NCBI GenBank assembly: GCA_965263295.1
Contig: OZ253665.1
Coordinates: 172,933 to 236,932, forward strand
DNA length: 64,000 nt
Source: Spirochaetia bacterium
Lineage (GTDB): Bacteria; Spirochaetota; Spirochaetia; SP-2023
Direction: 5' to 3'
The position numbers and the translations under genes were made by a program. Of the stretch, positions 9,899-17,681 are shown piece after piece (positions within the stretch are counted from its first letter, which is position 1; each line of letters begins with the position of its first letter). The notes under the pieces are model-generated. The model searched no databases, had not been told where the DNA came from, and saw nothing but the letters and a program-made list of their open reading frames with translations.

Positions 9899-10428
9899 CT
9901 ATTGAAAATTCTTGCTGGCGCTGCCACTTGCGGTTGATACGAGCTACCTGCCCGGCCATAGACCTGGCCGCGATCCAGCTCGTCGTCTTTTAGGGCAGAG
10001 AGAAACCCTTGAATCATTTCTTGCTTTTCCTGACTGTAGTGCTGCAGCACCTGTAATTCACTTTGACGCCGCACCAAGCTGTCGCGCAGCTCTTGCCATA
10101 TCTGACGTATACGTGGCCGTTGCTCGCTGGGCAAGAGGGGAAGGAGCTCGCTAATTCTTAACAGTTGCGGTGTTTCTTGCTGAGCTTGTCGTTCAGCCTG
10201 GAGCCGCTTCTGTAACTGAGTTCGCAGTTCAAGAATTTGCTTGCTGATGCGGCTTTGTTCGCGAGCCAAAAACTCCATGCGTTCGAGATCCCGATTCAAC
10301 AATGACCAGGTCTTGTCTTTGATCGCATCGCGCATTTCCTGATATAAAGTTGCCTGATCGCCAGTCAATTCAAGCAACTTGGAAAAGTACTGGCAAAGTT
10401 GTTCGCAATATTCTGCTAAGTTGGGCAT
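9889..10428 (-). CDS. Putative flagellar export chaperone (FlgN/YvyG-like)
   Basis: All-helical, Q/E/L-rich protein directly upstream of flgK, the same position as yvyG/flgN in Bacillus-type operons. I prefer the ATG at 10428 (preceded by GGAAGGA) over the track start at 10467. The family assignment rests on context and composition only. Confidence 0.45.
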   Translation of the reverse strand: MPNLAEYCEQLCQYFSKLLELTGDQATLYQEMRDAIKDKTWSLLNRDLERMEFLAREQSRISKQILELRTQLQKRLQAERQAQQETPQLLRISELLPLLPSEQRPRIRQIWQELRDSLVRRQSELQVLQHYSQEKQEMIQGFLSALKDDELDRGQVYGRAGSSYQPQVAAPARIFNSEA

Positions 10429-10773
10429 GGGATCCTTCCTGTATTGCGTTGAAATACTCCCTCTCACAGCGGGCCTCTCTCTCGTCTATACGTCATTTCT
10501 GGGCATCGCCGGCTTAACCAGCTGGCTGAAAAAGCCCGACATTGCTGAAGCTTTGCTGCAGGGTCGACGGAGGACAAGACCGCGAGACTCTTTAGTTTGT
10601 CGGTTATTTTTCCCGTTCCATGAGTAAAAAAATATGAGTAAAAAATCTGCGTGAGAAAATCTATTTGCCCCGGATCTTAGGAAGACCGGCATTGTGCTTG
10701 CGGGACAAGAAGTTCTGCAATATTATGAACACCCGTTTTACTGTCCATAGAAAATAAACCAATCCAGAGAGAT

Positions 10774-11394
10774 TTGATGATTAAAAGTTTTAAAGCATTG
10801 TTGTTTTTGGCTGTACTGTTGTTGCCCAGCGCTTGCCTGAGCTTAAAAATTGCCGTGCACCTACCCGACGAAAAAGGGGAGAGTGGCAATCTTGAACTGG
10901 AGTATCGCTTTAGCGAAAGCCTGCAAAATATTTCAAATTACCCCGCTCCGCGAGACGACATGGCACCGTTACCGCTCCCGTTATGGGAGTGGGATTTTCG
11001 CGCCATCGCGGCCCAAAGCCCGACGATTCAGCTGCTGAATTACGCATTTCAGCCGGCAAAAAATGCGGATGAAACGGGCTTGGTGCGGGCTGAGCTCAGT
11101 TTTGCCAGCGAGGATGACCTGCACTTACTTTTGGGTCCTGAGATCCAGTGGCGGGGCAAGCGATTTTCCTGGCGGCTTTCGGCAGCCAGCGTTGAGCGTA
11201 GCGATGCCAGTTGGCCACAGTTGGACGGAGATTTAAGTTCGAAAGAGACAAACTTGCTTGAGGAATTCTTCGCTGGGCAGACACTGAAATGTTCTGTTGA
11301 TGGTGGCGACATTGTCCAGAGGCAAATTCAAGAGTTGGCTTTGGCGGATTTCTTGACGGGGAAGCGGGATATTGAGATTCAATCTGCCAATTAG
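10774..11394 (+). CDS. Putative lipoprotein, unknown function
   Basis: N-terminal signal MMIKSFKALLFLAVLLLPSAC with a lipobox-like LPSAC. No recognisable domain. Confidence 0.5.
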   Translation: MMIKSFKALLFLAVLLLPSACLSLKIAVHLPDEKGESGNLELEYRFSESLQNISNYPAPRDDMAPLPLPLWEWDFRAIAAQSPTIQLLNYAFQPAKNADETGLVRAELSFASEDDLHLLLGPEIQWRGKRFSWRLSAASVERSDASWPQLDGDLSSKETNLLEEFFAGQTLKCSVDGGDIVQRQIQELALADFLTGKRDIEIQSAN

Positions 11395-11442
11395 GGATGC
11401 GGGGATATAAGCAGAAATGTAAAAATATGAGAGGGCATAGCA

Positions 11443-11886
11443 ATGGCTGTAATAATGTGTAGTGGTTTTGCTGAAGAATTGTATTCGACTGTTCAAACTG
11501 CAGGGAACATCGACCGCAATACGGCAATTGTCACCCTGAAAAAGGGCGACTTGCCTTTGAAATTGAACGATATTGCTGAGCGTGGTGTCAGCCTGCAAAG
11601 CTCCGGTGCCGAAGGGAAAATCCTTGAAACTGGGCGTTATGTGATTTTTAACGGCAGTCGCAGCGCCCTGGAGGGCGTAATGAAGGGCTTTAGGACGGCA
11701 TACCGACCCGGCGCGGGCTCTGTGATTTTTGCTGTGTTGACGGATACGGCAAAGACCTGGACTTTGCAATACTACCTGGACGAGCTGTCGCGGGAACACG
11801 CAGAAATGCTCAAGTACCGCGCACGGGGGCAGATGGCGGCTGTGATGCAACGTGAAGGCAAGGCAGGCAAAACTCCGTCTAATTGA
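11443..11886 (+). CDS. Hypothetical protein (147 aa)
   Basis: The composition looks protein-like, while the 205-aa antisense ORF is Cys/His/Arg-rich junk. No motif recognised. Confidence 0.4.
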   Translation: MAVIMCSGFAEELYSTVQTAGNIDRNTAIVTLKKGDLPLKLNDIAERGVSLQSSGAEGKILETGRYVIFNGSRSALEGVMKGFRTAYRPGAGSVIFAVLTDTAKTWTLQYYLDELSREHAEMLKYRARGQMAAVMQREGKAGKTPSN

Positions 11887-11971
11887 TCCGACTCAGGCAA
11901 CTGCGTGTGTGAGTGACTAACTCAATTGGCAAGCGGCTCAAAGAAAAGCCTTATGTTTTTTGTGGGGCCAC

Positions 11972-13135
11972 TTAGGAACGACCACGCAGCAGTGCGGCGG
12001 TATTACTGTCAAAGGTAGAAAGATTAAGATTACCCTGTTCCTGTAAATTTTTGATCTTGTCATTCTCATTCTCAAAATCGTATACGAAGGCTGAAATTAA
12101 ATTGCGATCGTGATAATCAATTTTCTCAATACAATTTTGGAGAATGACGGCATCGATCTCTGTGTTACGCAATTGAGCGTATCCCATGATTTTACAGATA
12201 AATTCAATGGTTTGATTGTCGTATGGGTTTAGATAGCTCACACTAATGAAAGAATTCTTGGGAAATTTAATATGGGACAACACGCCACAACCGGTCATTG
12301 ATATATCACATAGCAAGGCATTTATACTGTCGCCATTGACTCTAAAGGAATTGCCATCTGTACGCAGAGGCACAACTGAGGCAGCAGTCTGTAACTTCTT
12401 ACGGTTGTAACGCCGAGCGCCCAGAATGATCTCTGGTTTTTTGCCGTGGTCCATGACGAGAAGTTTCTTGCGTTTCCGGTCGCTAATATAGCCTCGTACC
12501 CGGCTGGGATATATGGCTCTATCACCATCTTTTACCAGTTCAATTTTGACCTCATTGCCCCGCGGCAAACTACTTGGGTGTCCATTTAACAGTTTTACTT
12601 CAAAGAAGGCTCTGTGGTGGGAAATTAACTTACCGACAAAACGATCCTTCTGGGTTTGATCTTTGTTTAAGACATTAAGGTAAAAACGTGAGCCTTCGGG
12701 AATTTTATGGGTATTCTTAGGAAAGATATTTTTGTGCAGAAAATTTTCCAGCTTTTGTGCCACACTGAATATATAGAAGCGGGCCAGCTCGACATCGCAC
12801 AGGAAGTTCTCAGGTTGGGTGTAAGTTGCGCGATATATCTGACGCATGATATTTTGCCCAAATCGGTAGTCATAGAATATTTCTAGAGATTGAGGGATTT
12901 GCGTACTGCGAAAGTAGTCTTGCAGAAATATTCGTTCGTCTTGAGTGAACTCTGCGGCCTCAGATAGTTCTTTGAACTTTTTAGGAGAAAACCTTAACCT
13001 CACTAAGTATTTTTTTTGCCATAAATTGAAATAACGGCTCAAAATGATGATAATTGCAGCTACCCCCAGGCAGACGACTACAATTAAAAATGCGACCGCG
13101 CTGTTATTGGGTTGTATTGTAGGCAGTACATGCAT
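11972..13135 (-). CDS. Membrane-anchored PilZ-domain protein (c-di-GMP receptor, possibly YcgR-like)
   Basis: One N-terminal TM helix (AFLIVVVCLGVAAIIIILS). PilZ motifs RRYNR (RxxxR) and, about 30 aa later, DISMTG (DxSxxG). Confidence 0.7.
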   Translation of the reverse strand: MHVLPTIQPNNSAVAFLIVVVCLGVAAIIIILSRYFNLWQKKYLVRLRFSPKKFKELSEAAEFTQDERIFLQDYFRSTQIPQSLEIFYDYRFGQNIMRQIYRATYTQPENFLCDVELARFYIFSVAQKLENFLHKNIFPKNTHKIPEGSRFYLNVLNKDQTQKDRFVGKLISHHRAFFEVKLLNGHPSSLPRGNEVKIELVKDGDRAIYPSRVRGYISDRKRKKLLVMDHGKKPEIILGARRYNRKKLQTAASVVPLRTDGNSFRVNGDSINALLCDISMTGCGVLSHIKFPKNSFISVSYLNPYDNQTIEFICKIMGYAQLRNTEIDAVILQNCIEKIDYHDRNLISAFVYDFENENDKIKNLQEQGNLNLSTFDSNTAALLRGRS

Positions 13136-13234
13136 GTCTTATGTCCCTTTTGCGAGGCAGTCCCTCAGGATTGAGTCCTTTGATTATATTAATTAATGTT
13201 AATTCTCCCAAGACAGTATTTCAAAACAATATTT

Positions 13235-14377
13235 TTAGTTTAATTGTTCGATAATCCGTTGTAGCAGAGGGATAATTTCATATTCGATTAAGTCGCCGAA
13301 AGTCACAGTATCAATTGTTTCAATTGCTTGGCTCAGCTCCTTAAGGAAAGGTCCTAGTTGGGTAAAAAGCTTTTTAATTTGGTAATTGTATTGTAATTCT
13401 TGTTGTTGTAATAGCTGCTCCAGCAAGAGAGATAACTCTGATACATGGTAAAGAATGTCTTGAACTTGGCCATTTTGTAATTGAGTGAACGACTCTTCCA
13501 GCTGTTGGATTTTATGTATGAGTTGGTCGCGGAGTTCGCCAACGTTTATATCACTTAAAGTAGTTGCCTGGGCTATCTCTACTTTAAGCTGCGGATTGCT
13601 TACTGTTTCCAATGGTTTTTCTGGCTCTTGGTTTGGGCGAGAGAGCCATGCCTCATAGCCATTGTGCAGATTTTTTATCAGAGATGAAATACCCTGAAAG
13701 GTTGTCAGCATGCGTTCTTTTTTATCGTATATGGCATCCTTGTGCCACTGTTTCACTGCTTCTGTGTTGTACTGGCTGTTCTGAAAGTATTGCCATTGTT
13801 CCAAGCTATCTTTTAACTCGGTGATTAAGGGGTTCTCATCGGTGCCGCTATCGTTCTTTTCTGTGTGTTGTGGACCATCTTCGCGCCAAAGGCTGGACTC
13901 CACTTGCGTTACAATGCGCTGCAGCAGTTCTACCAGAGCTCCGCTGTCACTGAAAAAATCTTGCAAGAAAATAAACTGTTGATTCTCAAAAGCTGACCGT
14001 GCTAGCTGAAAAAAATCACCAAGAGTTTTTAAGGATTCTAGCACGGTATTTTCGCTTTCAGATATGACGCACTTGTGCGCTTGGCTCAGCTCCAGTTGTT
14101 TGTATGCTTGCATTGGAGTACTGTATATTTCAAGTTTTTCGATCTGCTTTAATTCTTGTTGAAATAAATCAAAGTCCCACTCGCCGTCAGGTTGATCTTG
14201 TAGAGTATAATATTTCCCATCCAAAATAAACTCTTTTAGGCAGTGAGAATCGGACTCCAACCAATTCACAATGTCACGTAGCACTTCTGCCAAGAGCTCT
14301 TCGTTTTCGAGTTTCACCTCAAGTTCTTCACCATTTAATAAAATCTGCATGTTATACCTCATGGATTTCAGAGCCAA
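13235..14377 (-). CDS. Hypothetical acidic Q/E/L-rich protein (380 aa)
   Basis: Long ORF co-directional with the flanking c-di-GMP genes. The N-terminus MQILLNGEELEV...ILDGKYY looks beta-grasp-like by eye. The rest is predicted helical. No known motif. Confidence 0.5.
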   Translation of the reverse strand: MALKSMRYNMQILLNGEELEVKLENEELLAEVLRDIVNWLESDSHCLKEFILDGKYYTLQDQPDGEWDFDLFQQELKQIEKLEIYSTPMQAYKQLELSQAHKCVISESENTVLESLKTLGDFFQLARSAFENQQFIFLQDFFSDSGALVELLQRIVTQVESSLWREDGPQHTEKNDSGTDENPLITELKDSLEQWQYFQNSQYNTEAVKQWHKDAIYDKKERMLTTFQGISSLIKNLHNGYEAWLSRPNQEPEKPLETVSNPQLKVEIAQATTLSDINVGELRDQLIHKIQQLEESFTQLQNGQVQDILYHVSELSLLLEQLLQQQELQYNYQIKKLFTQLGPFLKELSQAIETIDTVTFGDLIEYEIIPLLQRIIEQLN

Positions 14378-14549
14378 GCTCGTTCGCTCGCCAGGCGCTC
14401 TGGGGCTTATCGGTTTGGAGAGCCTGCCGTCAATCTTTGTTTTGTCTACACTGCTTATATTTTAGGATGATTCTAACAATAGGTGGCGGCGTCTGCGGGC
14501 AGGTAAGGAATCTGTGACTTGCGCGGAACAGAATGCAAAAACGGCTCCA

Positions 14550-14879
14550 CTAGGATAAGAGCTCCTCTATTTCTTTTAATGCTTCAGCTCTTTCTTTGAT
14601 CCCTGTTTTTTTAATTGCTTTGCGGATAATTGTGTCTATTTTTTCGGGAGGAAAAGAAGCCTTGATTTCTTCAATTAATTCTAATATTTCTACACTGTGG
14701 TTGATATTGTAAATTCTAGTGTTGTCATGAAAAAATAAGTCTTCCAGTTGGTCTATGTACTCGCCAACTGTACGCGACATGCCACTTACTTCTTTTGATG
14801 CCTTACGCTCTAGGACTTCTTCTTTTTTTCTTGCCCGTTTGGCTTCTCGGTCGCGGCGTTCCAACTCTGTCCTTTTCAT
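14550..14879 (-). CDS. Hypothetical small charged protein (109 aa)
   Basis: Lies 45 nt downstream of the HD-GYP gene on the same strand. K/E/R-rich N-terminus. No motif. Confidence 0.4.
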   Translation of the reverse strand: MKRTELERRDREAKRARKKEEVLERKASKEVSGMSRTVGEYIDQLEDLFFHDNTRIYNINHSVEILELIEEIKASFPPEKIDTIIRKAIKKTGIKERAEALKEIEELLS

Positions 14880-14923
14880 TATTTACCTCTTAAATTTTGA
14901 CTATTAAACCAGCATTGTCTCAT

Positions 14924-16186
14924 TCAGTCGTCTTTGTAGTGATTCTGAATTTGCTCAATAATAGGATAAATTTCAAAGAATATTTCAACAAGTTCTGGAT
15001 CAAACTTTGAGCCTTTTGACTTACGAATTTCTTCGGCCACATCCTCTTTTGACCAGGAATCTTTATAGACCCGGACCGAAGACAAAGCATCAAAAACATC
15101 AGAGATAGCTACGATTCTGGCCTCAATGGGGATTTCTTCTCCTCTAAGCCCGGCATTTTTACCATTTCCATCTAATGCCAGAGGCTCCCAGGTTTCCTCG
15201 TTGACGTGGCCGGGATAACCTGTTCCGTCCCAGTTTTCGTGGTGCCGCAAAGCTATATTGCGCGAGACTACGTCTAGTTCCGATTCTTTATTGCGAAATA
15301 GTTCGGCACCGATAATTGTATGCCCTTGCATGACGCGGAATTCTTCTATTGTAAAACGTGCGGGTTTCTTGAGTATCATGTCGGAGATGCCAACCTTCCC
15401 CACATCGTGAAGCATGGCAGCCATACGCAGGCTGTCACAGTAACGCAGAATCTGGGCGGGGCTCAAACCCCTACGTTTCGCCCAGGCTTTATATATTTCC
15501 ACTGAAAAAGTTCCCACGCGGTTGACATGAGCTCCCGTCTCCTTAGGGTCGCGCAGACTGGCCATCCGGATCATACGCATTAAAATAGCGCGTGTCATCT
15601 TGGCCCGTTGTAAGGCTACCGTGGCTACGGCGGCATAATGTCCCAGAAAAGCCTCATCTTCTTTCTGAAAAGGGACTACTCTAGCACTTTCATCTTGTGC
15701 ATTAAGTAACTGTAATACTCCAAGCACTTCTTTTTGATTGGTGATTAGCGGAAAAGAAATACTAGATTTGGTGTGATAGCCAGTTTCTTCGTCGAAGCGA
15801 CTACTAAAACTGTAAGGAGCACGCGGATCAATCTGGTACATATCTTCAATTCTTACCATTCTACCTTGGCCGGCAACGTAACCGGAAATCGTGCTGTCAT
15901 CAATATCCAGTTTAATATTCAGGTATTTGGGACGATCATTTTCGGGCTTATTCTTATCCAGAGTATCGTTCTGAGCACTGCGAATGCAGAGATGTCTGTC
16001 TTCTATTGTATATATTGATCCAGCGTCAGCTTTGACGGCTTTGCGGGCTTCATAGAGAATTTGGTCGAGAAGCAACTCTACGTCCTGAGTCTGATTGAGT
16101 TTCTGGTCAATTTCAAGAATAAAGTTCAACTTTTCATCTATAGTCATTTGATTCTTACCATCCTCTTCTGACAAAATTGGTTCCAA
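14924..16186 (-). CDS. GAF domain + HD-GYP domain c-di-GMP phosphodiesterase
   Basis: AAMLHDVGKVG (HD) and HHENWDGTGYPG (GYP). The N-terminal ~170 aa look GAF-like (…AGSIYTIED…VLGVLQLLN). Confidence 0.85.
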   Translation of the reverse strand: MEPILSEEDGKNQMTIDEKLNFILEIDQKLNQTQDVELLLDQILYEARKAVKADAGSIYTIEDRHLCIRSAQNDTLDKNKPENDRPKYLNIKLDIDDSTISGYVAGQGRMVRIEDMYQIDPRAPYSFSSRFDEETGYHTKSSISFPLITNQKEVLGVLQLLNAQDESARVVPFQKEDEAFLGHYAAVATVALQRAKMTRAILMRMIRMASLRDPKETGAHVNRVGTFSVEIYKAWAKRRGLSPAQILRYCDSLRMAAMLHDVGKVGISDMILKKPARFTIEEFRVMQGHTIIGAELFRNKESELDVVSRNIALRHHENWDGTGYPGHVNEETWEPLALDGNGKNAGLRGEEIPIEARIVAISDVFDALSSVRVYKDSWSKEDVAEEIRKSKGSKFDPELVEIFFEIYPIIEQIQNHYKDD

Positions 16187-16974
16187 CTTGTATTTTTAAT
16201 AATGTTCATACAAAGCCTTCTGTATTTCTTAGTTCCAGTAACTTGGGAAACTACGAAACCATTCTGCGATGCAGTTTATGCTACCCAGGAGTTAATTCCT
16301 GGTAATTGCAGTGTGCACATCTTAACATATTAGATTTATAGTTTGCACTAAAAATGGATTTTATTTGACTTGACAGATGTTTTCAAGAATGGATTTTATC
16401 TATATAGGGCCTGATTGTTATCGAGACAAAAATTAGTTGGACACTGTTTGACGATATGACATACTCGTAGAGTATGGTTAAAAAGTAGTTATGTCAAATT
16501 TTCATATTCACTTAGAATGAGCCATATTTATCTAGAATAATGACTTGTTGGTGAGTAAATCTCAAATATGATACATAGGTCAAGTTAATTTTGTATTTTA
16601 AAAATTTTATATCTTTTTTCATTTGATATTATGATTATTATCTCGATATTACTTCAATTCTGATTACTGCCTGTTAAAACAGCTTTTATTTTCATCCAAG
16701 ATTCACAGATATAATTAATACAAGTGTAAATTTTACATTCTTCTAAATTTTATTTATTACTTTATTTTTATATCGGCAAGGTATTGCACTAAATAGCTTT
16801 TTTGTATTTGTTTAAAACTAGATATATTACATGAAGTAAATTTCTTATTTTTTAGGAAAATCTTGTAATACTTTTGGCACCATAATATAATGAGTTTTAA
16901 ATAGTTATAAAATTTGTATTTGTTCTGGAATGAATATCCAGCTTAAAAATATGTAAACTTTGGAGGTATAACTT
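16187..16974. other. ~780-bp AT-rich ORF-free intergenic region
   Basis: The supplied track has no ORF of 60 aa or more here in any frame. The region is visibly AT-rich. Short direct repeats: AATGGATTTTAT at 16353-16364 and 16388-16399; TAGAAT(G/A)A at 16513 and 16533. Confidence 0.8.
16863..16891 (+). promoter_or_regulatory. Sigma70-like promoter candidate for the 16975 gene
   Basis: TTGTAA, a 17-nt spacer, then TATAAT (16886-16891). A GGAGG SD sits 7 nt before the ATG at 16975. Confidence 0.35.
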
Positions 16975-17538
16975 ATGAACGTGCGAGTTTATAAAAAACT
17001 TTATAGAAAGCTACTGGAACGCGAGCATATCGGCAGATTGCCTGAAACCATTTTTGTTGATGTTCGCAATTATATCTCAGCATATGCGGAAAAAAATGGT
17101 CGGGTAGCGACGACAGGTCGCTTGCGCAACGGTAAGCAAGCTTTTGCGGCTTGGCTGATCCGCTATCACAGAGAGCGCGTTCGCAAACCCAGTGAAGCAA
17201 CCCTCGGTTATATGCAGCTTCTGGGAATCCTGTTTCTGTATGTTTGGTATGTAGAGGCCAGGGAAGGGATTGAGGATGATTTCCTGGTGGAAGAGGCTTT
17301 GAAAGAGTTCAACCGCAATCGAGAGTATCGCCGCACTTTTGAATTACCGCAGCCGCCCAAACGCAGGGGACGGCCCCCTCTCTCGGCACCTCTGTCGCGG
17401 CGTATGACAAGGAGTAGAAAGGTTGCGGGCAAAAAAACGCCAAATATAAAGCCTAAAACTCGTGTGGCGGCCAATAAGGTTAAGACTCAAAAGGCTGCGG
17501 CAAAAAATATAGCCCCAAAGACAAATCAGCGCGGCTAG
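16975..17538 (+). CDS. Hypothetical basic protein with an AT-hook-like motif and a K/R-rich tail
   Basis: PKRRGRPP (nt 17359-17379) resembles the AT-hook core R-G-R-P. The C-terminal 50 aa are K/R/A/T-rich, like a histone tail. Strong SD. Confidence 0.5.
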   Translation: MNVRVYKKLYRKLLEREHIGRLPETIFVDVRNYISAYAEKNGRVATTGRLRNGKQAFAAWLIRYHRERVRKPSEATLGYMQLLGILFLYVWYVEAREGIEDDFLVEEALKEFNRNREYRRTFELPQPPKRRGRPPLSAPLSRRMTRSRKVAGKKTPNIKPKTRVAANKVKTQKAAAKNIAPKTNQRG

Positions 17539-17681
17539 GTTGACTGTGGAAACTCACCTTGACAGTACTTTTCAAATCTTGTACAAGTTGCTTGATGTCG
17601 CGTTGTTTTATGTCAAAGGCTAGAGCCGTTGGACCTGCCTCCAGTTCTTTAATTTAAGGACTTGGGGGCTTTTTTTTGTAG

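Noticed and set aside
14407-14438. CCGATAA (minus strand) upstream of the 380-aa ORF, considered as a sigma-28 -10 element
   Set aside because: The best upstream TAAAG-like element (CAAAGATT) is 17 nt away instead of ~11, and no TAAA lies at N15. The spacing does not fit the sigma-28 consensus.
16874-16880. TTGGCAC, considered as a sigma-54 -24 element
   Set aside because: The expected -12 TTGC is replaced by TATAA. The same bases fit a sigma-70 TTGTAA-17-TATAAT promoter better.
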